Shown here piece by piece: positions 45,945 through 58,891 of a DNA stretch of 64,000 bases. Every line of letters starts with the position of its first letter. The first letter of the stretch is position 1. The stretch lies in contig JABANN010000064.1 of assembly GCA_013115125.1 (NCBI GenBank), forward strand, positions 1-64,000. The letters run 5' to 3'. Under the pieces are notes generated by a model. That model had not been told where the DNA came from. It saw nothing but the letters and a program-made list of their open reading frames with translations, and did not search any database. Position numbers and translations under genes: made by a program. The stretch comes from Perkinsus olseni. Its lineage: Eukaryota.

Positions 45945-48900
45945 ATGTCTCAGCAAGCTTCTCCATTGTCTGATTCTAAGTGGACGGTGACAACCACAGC
46001 CCAATTGGATCAAGTACACTCGCCCGCTACTCCTAGTCCTCCATCCGCACTCCCTTTCCTCTTTCAGGCAGCCAAATATCTACCTCCTAGTGTATTCAAA
46101 GAGAAGAACGAGCTCGGAGCGGGTAGGGTGTCTCCAGCGGCTCTCGTCTATACCATTCAATCGCTCGTAGGCCTCTCCTCGTCATCAGAAACCACCAGTA
46201 ACGACTCAGCGCCAGGGAATCACGCGGAATCAGATCATACCCCCAAGGGTCCCGGGGAAATTGGTAAGTCCCCTGCTCGTTTTTGCCTTATCGCAGCGAA
46301 GAGCATCAGGTTCCCCGGTGCCTGGCAATGGTCGTGATCGCAGCGATTCTTGGGATGCGGCTCCCACGGAGTTGGACCCCTGGAGGTCCCCAGCTCCCTC
46401 CATGGTAAGCCCACCTTCACTGCCTCCACGCAGTATCCATACCCTCTTTGCTTCAGATGTCGAGAACCGGCCCAATGAGCGATGTTGGAGGTGCGCCATC
46501 GTATCCTGCGGGGGGATCATGATTGTGTTTTTCATGGTTTTTGTTGGGTTCGAAGTCTGCCAATGACTTGGCTCAGACTCGCCGTTGGTGGCTCCATCGT
46601 GTTGCTGCTCAGGTTCTCCTTGGCTTGGCGCTGGCCCATTGCCTCTGTCGCCTGCCTTGGACAGTCTTGGACTATACACTCCCCAACAGCAACCACGCAA
46701 GAAGGGGACTTGGCCTTCGCCGTGGGGTGAGTGATGCTTTCATTACCACTCCCCTGGTTACTTCATCACCCATTCAGGTCGCCGACATACGACAATCCCG
46801 TCGAATTTCTCCTTCTTGCCCGAGGCCGCTAGCTATCCTGGCTTCGATTCTCCCCCCTCGTCCCCTGGTGAGGGCAGTGCCACGGCTACAGCCCTCTACG
46901 CGGCTTCGCATATAAATGCCGCTGGACGCAGTAGCCCTAGTAGTGATGTGGGCAGCTCCCAGTCTCTGGGGGCTCGCATCAGCCAGAAGCGTTATTCGCT
47001 CCCGGTAATTGAACCCCCGCTCATGGGGGGTTTTGATCGCGATCTTCGTCATCGTCGTAACTCGTCGAACCTCATCTCTCAAGTAAGCCTCCAATTGCGG
47101 CTTCTTCGCCATCATCGTCTGCTCCTCATTTTCAGCGTCGTACCACAGTGGCAGTGGCCCCCTCGTTGACTGGCAGGAGCTCCCCTCCAATGCATTCACG
47201 GAGGCCTAAAGCCGTTAGCAGCGCCTCCTACTTGGATTCGACGGGAAAGAGGCAGCAGCATTCGGGATCATCTCAGCATGGGCGATCGATGAGTGCCGCT
47301 GCGTTCAAGAGTCAGCATATAGCGTGGAATAGAGAGCTCACCAATCCCAATGCGACAGCACAGCAGATCTTGGCACTCGCCAAGAAGCACTGTAAGTAGC
47401 GGTTCCGATGGCCTGATTTGAAATATCTTCCACCGCAGGTGCACAGTTCAACAGTGTTAACTGGGCTACCACCTTCCACCGTTTGGCCAAGTTCCATCTA
47501 CACGAGGCTAAGAGCGAACACTCCCTTGAGATTCAGACTTTGCTCGGGAAGTGCGAGTCGGTTGAAGGTTTCGCACCCCAGCATCTTGCTACTCTGGCGT
47601 GGGCCATGGCCAAGCTCCATATTGTTGACCACGATCTCCTCTCGAAGGTGGCTACGCTGTCATTGAGACTCCCGTGTAGAGAGTGTCTTCGCAGGTCGTG
47701 CACAAGTCGCTAACTTTGCATGCTGACTTGAAGCCGCAGGATTTGGCGAACCTTAGCTGGGCCCTTGCTCGTCTCGACTGCCCAGAAAGCGATCTCATGT
47801 AACACTACCTTTCTTATTAATGTCATAGTCGACAAAAGATACGTTCCAGGTACGAATGTGTGTGCCAGAAGATCATGTACGACAGAGGTTGTCTATCACA
47901 GTTCAAGCCGATGGAGCTGGCCTCCGTTATGTGGGCTATCGCTACTGCGGCATACGAGTAAGTCCTGCTGCCCCCACGCATAGAGGCTTTGATGAATCAC
48001 ATCTGTTCAGCTATAATGGTGAGATATGCAAGGTTTGTGAAGTGGTCGCGCGCTTCTCCTTGAAGCATTGGGGGTTGAGTGAATTCTCCCCTCAAGCGAT
48101 TGCCAACATGTCCTGGTCCTTGAGCTACTACTATGAGGGCAACAAGAACAGCAGCGGAAATAGTAGTGACGGCAGCCATAATGAGGGAGTCGGTAAGTAG
48201 CAGTGCCATCTCGAAAAGCATGTCTTGGCATTGCCGCGTCTAGTAGATACACCAGTCGGTAGCCTGGGCGATAGCGCCAGCAGCAGTAGGTCTGAGGAGT
48301 CGTCTACGAAGTCCTCCACTACAGCATCATCGCCGATGTCTCATTCGGGTGGCCGTACGACCGCAGTGCCGATAGTGGGCACTCCTGCGGCAGCTGCTGA
48401 GGCTACAAGAGAGTTCCTCGACACAGTTGACGCCTACCTCTCCGAGAACAACGCCTTGTTGATGAAGTTCAAGCCGTTGGAAGTTTGCAATATCTCCTGG
48501 GCTCTGGTCAATGTCGGTATCGTGAACAAGGAATTCTTGGAAACGGTAAGTTGTACGCCTTGGCCATGGAATGACGTGCCCGACTGTGCTGTCGTCATCA
48601 GGTCTTCGGAAACATATCCGCCTCCGCGGTTCAGAGCTTGGATAGCAACAGCCTCACTCAACTTCTTCAAGCATGTAAGTTCGTCTCAGTAGTTCGTGTT
48701 CGTGGTGGTTATAGGCTGTTTCGTGTCCAGGTACAACGGCCATGGATGTTGTTGCTATGTCCATGAATAGTGAGACTTTGGAGTGGTGTCCGATGCCGGT
48801 GGAGACCCTACAGAGTTTGACTGAGAAGCTGCTAATGACTCGAGCTAGAGGATATACCCAAGAGCGGCTGGATTCTGTCACCATTTCGATCTGCAAGTTG

Positions 48901-51198
48901 CTGGCCTACTTCCGCTATGGTGGTGGATCTGCTGTTGGTGACGCCCATGTTATCGATGAGGGCCTTTATGATCTACTGGCACAGGAGTATATCCAGGCCG
49001 AAGGTGCGGGTTGGACACTCAGAGGGGCATTGAGCCTGCTCAGTCTGCCAGTCATGGAGATGTATCGTCCTGGTGTATTGGAAGTATTCAGTAATAAGTG
49101 CCTCGAGAGGTGTCCGCCCTCTACTCCGTCCTTCATCAGGTGGTCGTGTCGTGTCCGGAGACATCGACTTGCCCGTTTCCGCTATGTCGGAGCTCATCTC
49201 GACACTGGAGATGGTTGTAGCTTCCGAGCAATGCCAATCTTCAGGTAAGTGCCAGCTAGTTGTCTCATTCACGTTCTGTTCATCTTCTGTGCAGGTGAAG
49301 AGTCCAAGGCCATAGTTGCACGGTCGAACACGTCCATCATCACGATGTGTGCCAGAGCCATGGCTGAGCAGAACGATCTGTCTCTGCCTTTGGTGCAGCG
49401 TATGCGTGCGCTCACAGGTAATCACGACTTTAGCTGCTGCTTCACTTCGTACTCCTCCTCGTTTAGATGATTTTTCGTCCATGATTGCGCCCTTGCTGAG
49501 CCTGTTGCTTGAGGAAGCGCAGTCCTACTCTGCCCTTCTGGGAGCCTGGACATCGGATGCTATCGCTGCTGCTGCCGCTGCTTCGACTGAGTCGGGTGCG
49601 GACCAGCTCTCCTCGACCCTCGCGGATTCTATCACAATTTGTGGCCTGCTTGGTACTAAATACGCAGCTCATGAATTGGTGTTGTAAGGATTCTTGTGTT
49701 AGCTGATGGAAACCTCAACGTTATGGATGATGCTGTGTTGCAAGGCTTGCAATCTGCACTCACGGAAGCTTACTACCAGAACGGTGAGTATCTGATGAGA
49801 TGGTATGCCGTCAAGTTGCGCTTTTGTCAGCTACTGCATTCGAGGCCGAGATGGTATCGAGTTTTGGGTCGTGTCTTGCGTCGACTCTGAGCCGGTACGG
49901 TCCACAAGACGCCAGCCGCTTCCTGGACACTCTGTCGGAGGACGCCTGCGCGGCCACCAGGATTGAGCAGCTCCTGCCTGACACATGTCTCTCGGTGCTA
50001 TCCTCCTTTACCAAGGATATGCAGAACTGCCAAGATCTCTGGGCCCGTCTATCAGCCCTCACGGACGTGGTCTATGCTCACTTCAACGTTATTGGTAGGT
50101 TTTTATTGTCGTTGACTTGCACGCGGACTCTCTTACTTCAGGCGAGGTCAAGGGATCAGCGCCCTACTCCTTAACCGATACGATAGATCTTTTTTTCTTT
50201 CGAGACTATTACGGCCAGAAAGTGGAGGATGAGCAATTAGAGGCTTGCATCTCTCGGTTACAGTCTCTGTCAAATGAGACACAAACCAACGGTGAGTTCT
50301 ATCTGGCATCGGACTCTTCAGGATTGTTGTTTTTTTAGTCCCTCTTGGAAGCCTCTGCAAGCTCGCCTTTCTTGTTCCATCTAGGCTTGCCTTAGAGTCG
50401 GTGGTCTTTCCAGCAATAGCCAGCTCAGTAGAGGAGTTGGGGCTCCGGGCGATATCTCCTAATGAGTTAGCTATGCTGGTCTACGTAAGTCTCAACCATC
50501 CAATTTCACTTCATGCATTGAGCGTTTCTCTCAGTCGCTATCACGCGAGAACGTTCCGGCATATGCTGGTCTACTAGAGCGCAGTTTGCAGAAGTTGCTG
50601 TCAGAGCCAGGCTCGTCAACGTTGAGGATACTTGCGGTCATCCACGGACTCAACACGTAGTCGTCATTCAGTGCTAGTAAAGCTGGTAGTCTTACTTTCC
50701 GTCTGCAGGTGTCGTCCAGGGATGGTTGGATCGTACGTTGCTCTAGGCCCGTCCGGATCTGTGACCACTGCTCTCCTCGAGGCTGCGAGGTGCCCTGGTC
50801 ATTGCATCCAGGTATAGCATCTAGCGAATCTGATGATCGGCACTCGGATGTCGAAGTCTCTTGTTGTCATTCCAGGTAGTGGCCACTGAGGTTAAGGATA
50901 TTGTCCGTCGCTCGATACAATCGATGCCTGAGGAATCTGCTACTGGAGCTGGAATCTCATCGTACATGGGCGGCGCACTGAGCAAGGACGACGATGCATT
51001 GGCTGCTGCCTTCATGCCCGAGAGCTATGAAGGTTTGGGTGAGTCCTCTTGCCAATCAGTTTTGCTAGGTTGCAGTTGGTTGCTGCTGCTCTTAGATACC
51101 TCCGCGTTGTCAAGTATCCAAGCTCTTCTAGACTAATCGATATGCTGCACGCGGAACAACGTCGACATCAACGCGAACATCAATCGTCGAAAAAGTAA
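45945..51198 (+). CDS. Large helical-repeat (HPR/OPR/FASTK-like) putative RNA-binding protein; may be more than one gene
   Basis: FNSVNWATTFHRLAK followed by repeats FAPQHLATLAWAMAKL, LKPQDLANLSWALARL, FKPMELASVMWAIATA, FSPQAIANMSWSLSYY, FKPLEVCNISWALVNV. Confidence 0.7.
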
Positions 51199-52435
51199 GA
51201 GCGGACTCTCGTCGTGTCACTGCTTTCTACGATCGCAGCCGACCATGGTGTCTCACGTTAGATCTCCCTCGTTGTTGTCAGATAACAAATACAGACAGCC
51301 TCTATACAGGGTTGTCTCTTCTTCTGCTCCTATCGGCTCGTCAAGGCCCAACGATTCACCAAAACATTAGAAGATCTTGGTCATCATCAGCATCATTATG
51401 GTTTACTCCTCTTCTGTCATCTCTATTTGTTGTCAGTATAGTACTGCTCTGTCGGTGCTACCATGGTGCTCGCCGATACCCCTACCTTCTCGATTCCTGC
51501 TGCCATCAGCAGCAGCAGCAGCAGCTCCTCGAGAATAGCGGCATTCGGGCTATATACCCATCAAGCGCTGCCACTGGTTTGACCCATGCTTCGCTCAAGT
51601 AGCGGTGGGCTAGTACCTGGCTGCAAGGCTTGAACTCTAGGAGTGATTCTCTTACTATAATGCACTGTGCCAACGGTACTGGTCATCCGACTTCACCGCC
51701 TCTACGCTGGTCGCCGGATGCAAGCGTGCCCTGAACAGTCGAAAATGCCTCCGTTGTTTAATGTATACCAACGATGACGATTCGACTCGTTTCTGGCTAG
51801 GAAACTGTTGGCGACCGGGAGAGGACTATGGCCAGTACCCGCTGATCGTGTGAGGGCATATTCTACCACTACTATTAAAACTACTAATACCGACAGCAGC
51901 AGTATCGGCCATCAACCGTTTTCGAACAGCAACATAACGTTGTTTTCGGTGATGAGCATTATCATCAATTCGCCGTTTTTATACCAGTTCTGGCGCTGCG
52001 ATGTAGATGAGGGCGTCGGCGTTGTTGTCGTATAGCTCCAGACGTTACAGGAGCAGTCAACAACACTTGAGGTTTTCGTGTACGGCAGAGTCGCTGACGC
52101 TGTCCGAGTCCACCTTCGCGGCTTATGATTGTTGTTTATATCTTGAGAAAAGACAGAAGTATTAATTTATCCATTTCTGCGAGGGTCAGCTAGGTTATGT
52201 TGGACGATGATGATGATCATGATGACGATTATGATGATGAGTCGGACGTTTCACGGCATCATTTCAATCACAAATCTTTAACATTACCTGTTGTCGGGTG
52301 GTACCGACGATATCGATATAGTATTCTAACTTCTGTATTGTTGTTATTGCTGTTGCTTTCTGGACTGTCTCCCGAACGCTGCTGTAGCTCTCGTAGCCTC
52401 GGCTGCTGCACTATCGCTTCCCCCCCGCCGCCCTA

Positions 52436-52462
52436 CTGCTGCTGCTGCTGCTGCTGCTGCTG
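52436..52462 (+). repeat. (CTG)9 microsatellite in a low-complexity region
   Basis: Directly visible. Confidence 0.9.
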
Positions 52463-53350
52463 TCGTTGATTTTCTGTTCTTCGCAAGTCTGTACAATGTA
52501 AATCACCATCATCGACTCTCTTCTCGGTGTGTAAATACTTTTTTCTACTATTGCTGCTACGTGCTGCTATTGCTACTATAACTGTGACTCTGCCGCTCGG
52601 AATGGAGGTCGATGGCTAATGCCACCACTAAGGCCCGATCGGCCTCCACTCAGATCCTTGCTGACCACGTTGATGGGGTCCTATCCGAATGGATAGTCTC
52701 AGTGAACCTTTTTGGTTGTGCTTTCGCCTGTCTGAGGGATGAGCTGGCAACACAACGCTGGTTACTTAATTCTTCTCGATGAAGATGAGCAATCCCGTTG
52801 CAGCTGTGGCTGATGATTAATAACCTCGGTTTCGGAGAGTAGAGAAGCTCTCTGACCAGCAGACGGCTACCTTAGACAGTACTGCCTTATAGTTCGATGT
52901 GTTGCTTGTGTATGTTGATGATGCTATATCAGTCTTTGTCGAAATTACTAGTGAACGCCACCGTTAACAACCTTGAAAGGATGGTATCGTTGTTGCTGTA
53001 GTCGTTGTGGTTGTCTGAATCGCCGTTGTCGCTGGATCCCTGTTCAATCTGTTCTTGCCCTTCACGACGACGTCTACAGTCGTAAGCGGTGGTGTTGTGA
53101 AGGTGAGTCCACAGTGTGTCCTGCCTTGACGATGGTATCTGACAACTACTGCTGTGAAGACTACAAGTAGAGAGTTCCTTTCTTTTTCTTTACTCGGCAA
53201 CAACGACAATCCAAAGGCATCTGTGTCATTACCGAGAGAGTTGTCCAATCCCATCGATGGTCCTTGTGTTCACGAGTCTTCGTGTTAATGAGGAGGTCTG
53301 TCTGACCACGGATCAGCGATTGGTCATCGCTCAGGGGTGCTCCATCGTCT

Positions 53351-56300
53351 ATGTCGGTCGCTACTGCCACACGTCCTATTCCCTCCAACCCCAACTCCTC
53401 GAGAGAGTCGACGCTTCGAAATAACGGAGTGAGATCCTCCCTTGCACGACATGCAGCCAGGTCGAGTCACAATGCTTTGCGGGACTCGGCAGACGGCATT
53501 AACAACTGTGAGAGCAGAGAAATTGGCCATGGCTCGGCGAGCGTCCCGCGGTCGCTTTGTCCGATCATGTTCGGTACTCTACACCTATCTAGTAGCACTC
53601 GGGTTCTTGATCTCTGCTCTTGAAGGCGGCCAAGGCCATTCGAATAGGGGAGGCCTCCTTGACTCGTTCTTCTAGGCACGACCCTGACTGCCAATAGTAG
53701 TGTCTTGGACGGGACTTCCCTCGACTTCTCCCAAACGTTCAATGGTGGACTCCCTGCCGATACCTCGGTCGGAGCTCCCAATGCAGCCGGAGCTCCTGGC
53801 ACAAGAAGGTTCTCTGCTATGCAAGAACGCCTGCTAAACGCGGGTATTCAGTTCTTTCACAGGTGAGACAACTTGCGTTCGTTGATATCGCTGCCTTGGA
53901 GCTGTCCGTATGTCGTTGGTCAGGCACATACGTACTGATAACGAAGTATTGCGACGAATGAAGACCAACGAGATGTTTCAGCTCTTCTTCGAGCCTCAGT
54001 AGCATCGGAAGGGCCTGGGGTAATAGAGGCAGACGCTATTCAGGTATTACGAAAAGAAGGCCCCGGGAGAGCAGGTCAATTCAGTATTTATCAACAGTGT
54101 ATCGGATCCATCAGCCGTGCATGTCAGCAGCTTCATACTCAGTATACTTCATCAAGGACTATTCTCAGTCAGTGCATTCATTGTCTCTATCATGTAGTAT
54201 TCTCGCAGTGATTTCGAGACAGCGGTCGTGTGAGGGACTTCGATGCTTCTTAGTTATCTGTCGAGGTTCAAGGAGGCTACTCAAATATCATTGCATGCAA
54301 GTATGGTACTGAGAGTCGGGAGTCATACTTCGTACTGGTTGAACTATAGGTACGTGGAGACCTCTATTTTTAACGTCGCTTCTCATCGCCGATAAAATGT
54401 GGGAGGACAAGCCTGTGCGCAACTCCAGCTTGGCGAAACTATTCCCAGTGCTCTCGAATGCAGAGCTCAATCGAATGGAGAACAAGTTCCTGTTGAAGAT
54501 CAGGTCGGTTCAGCCGTGGTCTTTACTGGTTCGAACTTCCGCTGTGTGGATGAGAAGGTTCAACGTTCAAGTGAAGTCCGACCTGTTCACGTCATTCTGC
54601 GAGAAACTCCTCCAAGAGAACATCTCGACTGAGATTTCTCGTTGTGTGTCGGGCTCTGAATATGCGGCAGCATTTGCCGAGGTAGGCGTTCGTCGCTCAA
54701 AATTTGAATGCTTACTCTTTGAATATTGCGCGGGGTCTCTTCAGGATGAGAGTGTTGTAATCAAGCAGCAGCACCTACCTCAAACTGCTGCTGCTGCCGT
54801 AACGAACCCTCCTGAGCTGCATCACCCGGCGATACCACAGGCGAATACGGGTTATAACAGCAGTCTATTGCGCCTTGGTCATAATTACACGTTCGTCCTA
54901 GGTGTTGTACACCATGCGACTGCAGCTCAGAGAGAGCCCTCCCGAGGCCCTCTCGGATATATTACGGCGCCAGCTATGGACTACTTCATACCTCGGAGGC
55001 CGACTATGACCGCTGCATCGACCTCCTCGTCGGTGCGAAGTAGCAGTATCCCGGCCGGAAGCGAAGCCGGGAGCATGTCCTCGAGAGTGCACGCGGTCAC
55101 AGAAGGTAGAAGGGCTCTAGAGGAGGAGTCAAGTTGAAGCTCCGTGAATACCCCTGCCTTATTGCTTTCAGGATGCTACCGTACAGGGGGTTACATAGGC
55201 GGTCTCCCAACGAGCTCTCGGCAGTATACACCGATCTCGGCTAGAGCTAGTCAAATGGGGATTGCTGCGTCCCAAGGAAGGTCATATTTCCGCTCAGAAA
55301 TCCACAGGAGGCAGCTAGCGCTGCTTCCCGTGTAAGCATAGATATCACTTCCTTCAGCAGGTCTTCGAATGGCTACGACCAGCGGGTCATGTACCAGTCA
55401 CAACCAGTTTCGGGAAGAGCGACTGTTGCTGATCCGAACACAAGTCGGCATGTCTATCCCGCGTCGACTCGGACGTCGCTACCTGCTGGTCTAGCAGGCG
55501 GGCACGTAAGTGAGCTCAATGAATTGGATTCGTTATACACACGAGGAACGTAGTAAGCACATAGAAAGCGCTCCACGATGGGTTCGAACCACCGACCTTG
55601 TGGTTAACAGCCACACGCTCTGCCTACTGAGCTAGCGGAGCCATGAATTGTAAGTATCGAGGATACCCTTGTGAGGTCTCATCTCCTTTCAGTCGCACCG
55701 TGCTCCATCTACACCATCTGGAGCTCAAACGCAGTCCCATTATGCGGTCGTCAATACCCCTGCCGGCCCCCAATACGTCCTACTGCGTCCGTCCGCGGCT
55801 CCGTCTACAAACTCATAGTAAGGCTGCAGACTACGTGTGCTTCGACCGATTCTCGTTGCCTCTGGGCGCATCTCTATCGGAAATATTGGCGGTGTTCAGC
55901 TTTTTCGTTTCGTTTGGCAGCTCAGGGAGGAGTGCGGTAGTATCACAGGAAGGGGCGGCTCCTAGAAGACATTCCATTGCGGCAACGGCCGCATCGCAGC
56001 GACTCTCTACATCGAACAGCGGCCTCGACGGCCAGGTATGAAAGCGCGCGCCCCGGCCGTCGTGATCGAGATGCATGAACTCAGTCCTTCGCAAGTAGCG
56101 GCGCTATGTCCTTTCTACCTCCTGGCGGGCCAGCCACTCCATCCAATGGAGCCGTGAATGGTACTGTAAATTATATACAACTGTTGAGACCTGTGCCGTG
56201 GCAGGTATGGGAGAAGGCCTAACCCGAGGGTCCTCTCAGAATCGACCCCATTCTGCGCCACGGACAGTCGGGATGTATAGGAAACCCGTCCTCATTCAGC

Positions 56301-56557
56301 AGGTAGGCTTGCTCCGAAGAGCGCGAATATGCAAGGTTTTTGCTACAGCCAGCAGCAGTCGAGGCCTTCATGCAGCGGCCATCTACGCCAACTGGTGGCT
56401 ACGTGAGAGCCCCCTCACCCGCTATGGTCGAACAGAGCGAGCAACAGAATGGTCTGGTTCGGGGACGCAGCCCTGCAGCTCCTGTCGTGAGGTACGCAAT
56501 TCCCGCGGAGTTGTAAGAGGAAGCACCGGCATGCTCCCATCAGAACCCCCGGCCTGA
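53351..56557 (+). CDS. Cyclin Y/Pho80-like cyclin with a long low-complexity C-terminus; ends approximate
   Basis: TWRPLFLTSLLIADKMWEDKPVRNSSLAKLFPVLSNAELNRMENKFLLKIRFNVQV cyclin box. Confidence 0.8.
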
Positions 56558-56751
56558 TCATGCCTGGTGGACCATCTGCTCCGCATGTTCTGCGCGGCAG
56601 CTTTGGCGTAAGGCAGTACTAGATAGCAAGATCGTCATGAAAATGACTCTCTGAATCAAAATGCTTTCCATATTTCGATTCTGTTGAATTCTTCGGTATG
56701 GGGTGAGTGCTGGCAACGCACAGCTTGCTTCAGTGCACCGTCCCATTCCTG

Positions 56752-58544
56752 ATGACCGCGTCGAGAAAAGCTGATGATTTGAGGTAATAACCGTCACCAG
56801 GCCTGCTTGGTTGAATGTTGGTCCTGTTGGTGGCAGACAGAGGTGGGCTTCGCAGCTCACGAAGGCATGTGAAGTTGATGGCTGGGGACAAATAGTGGAG
56901 GCCCAAGAAGGGTGCTTGGATGGGCTTTGTCCTAGCCTACCTCCTGTGTCAGATACAGGAAGCTAGCGGTGGACATGGCCGAGGCTCGGGGCCAGGTGGC
57001 CGTGAGCTCGTCGGACCAGGAGATCACAAGGAAAATCATATTGTGCCTGAGGTGCCCTCTGTAGTGGCGGGCTTTCGCGTTGGTTGGAGAAGGCAAAAGG
57101 AGACGTTTCGTAGGATCTCTGCTAGTCCTTCTATCTCAGCGCCCGGCTGGAGACCTTGACGGCTTCTGCTGTACGTAGCCGTCACACGAGCATGACAGCA
57201 GCCGACTTGAAGTCCCTAGAGCCAGGTCCGCATTATCTACTGGCTGCGTCATTCATTACTAGCCGCGCCTCAGTTCTCCTCTCACTCTTCCTCCCTGCGG
57301 CCGCCAACCCATATGCAGCACCCGAAAAGTTCCCTGTGTCGGCGACCAAGTGAGCCGCTGGAAGCTCAAGCGATATCGTTTTCTTACCACTGGAGTTGGC
57401 AGTTTTCGGACACTCCGAACGGGAAGGATTGCTCAGGTACCAGAACGCTTCCCCGATAATCGAGGAGGGCTCCGCTAAACATGCCGTTGACTTCACTCAG
57501 CGGGACGTGTCAGATTTCCACCAAAGCCATGCAGCGCTGACCGAAGTTGCTGGTGGTCCCTCCTGCGTAGCTCCTGGCTCATTCAGCGTCCATCTTGAAG
57601 GTACAGTGGTCGCGATTCGTGTTGAAGGTTGGGGGCTGAAAGATGCTCAGACCTATGTCGATCCCATAACCACAGTATCGGTTGTAGGTGAGGGTCGTTG
57701 CTGATGTTAGCCTTAGTGGTAACCTTGGTCATCAGATCCCGACCAACGTGTCATTTGCTCGGTGGACACCCACATAAGCAAAGAAAGGCGGGTCAACCAC
57801 GTGTTATTCGAGGAAAGGGTCTATCTGGCCGTTAGTCTAGAGGAAATGCAGAGAACTCGTGAGTGCCCAGTTCCCTAGGGTTCCCACTATCCACGTGCGA
57901 AGGGATTATTGCGGTTCCTTACGTGTAGAGCCGCGGTGGACCACCGATCTCTTGTGTTGATCTCGCGACGTGCGTGAAATTTTTGAATTTGCGTCTGACA
58001 GCGTGTCCGAGTGGTTAAGGAGGTGGACTAGAAATCCACTGGGCTCTGCCCGCGCAGGTTCGAATCCTGCCGCTGTCGTTAGAGACGTTTTTGTTCATTT
58101 TTATAGGTAGCGCCATATTTTTTGAATTCAAACACTACAAACCCAAGAAAAAGAAGGTGTCAACGAGGTAAGCCTCATTATCTCTCCGTCGAAAAGAAGC
58201 GAGGCAATCGCATGGTGGAAAGTCGAATGCTTCTGCGCCATGGGCCATGGCGCTTGATTGCCGTGAGCAGGTGCTGGTCCTTCATGGATCTCCAAGAAAT
58301 CAAGCCGGACGAGGAAACAGTTCTCGAAATGTGAGAGTACTCGCACTCTGCTGCAGCTTCCTGGTTGTTTCGTTGTTCATGTCGTGCCGCGCTTGGCCAA
58401 TAAGCCATCCCCGTTGGGAGCTGCTGACGATATGTTTGTGTTGTCAGATACCACAAGCCGACTGATTTACGGAAGAAGAAATTGAAGCTGCACTCAGTCA
58501 AAAAACTCTACCTGCACATCTTCATTAGTCTGATAACAAGGTGA
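56752..58544 (+). CDS. AIDA: Axin interactor, dorsalization-associated (AIDA) C2-domain protein
   Basis: WASQLTKACEVDGWGQIVEAQEGY, GLKDAQTYVDPITTVSV, AIFFEFKHYKPKKR, RCWSFMDLQEIKP, IYHKPTDLRKKKLKLHSVKKLYLH. Confidence 0.88.
57997..58078 (+). tRNA. trnS-AGA: tRNA-Ser (anticodon AGA)
   Basis: Acceptor stem GACAGCG/CGCTGTC, D-arm GTCCGAGTGGTTAAGG, anticodon arm GTGGA-CTAGAAA-TCCAC, long variable arm, T-arm GCAGG-TTCGAAT-CCTGC, discriminator G. Confidence 0.97.
58088..58092 (+). terminator. Pol III oligo(T) terminator of tRNA-Ser
   Basis: TTTTT about 10 nt after the tRNA 3' end. Confidence 0.7.
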
Positions 58545-58891
58545 CGGTAATGGTCGCCACAGCATGCGCCGTGCGTGGTCGTAGTCGTATCCCGCCGTCG
58601 GATTCAGCAGTCTATGCACCGAAGATGTGGAGTTCTAGTGGGGCGGAGATGGGTGGCGATGTCTCGATGTTTCCTATAAGACTGGCTGTGGAAGATTCTT
58701 GGGATCTGTTGGGGAGCGGCGAATACGCCCTGGACTCTATTCTGCATAGTTTTTTGAGGTGCTCAGACTATCGCCCACGATGTCTGGCACTATCCGGGAT
58801 CGTGATGTAACTGGGAGGCCTCGCACGTTGAGTAATACTGGGTGGCGGACGACGGAGTGGTGATTCTGGATGCTGCTCAGGTGGGACAGCG

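Noticed and set aside
52973-53170. Cys-rich ORF resembling a metallothionein or toxin
   Set aside because: TTG start; the Cys content derives from TGT/TGC-rich low-complexity DNA.
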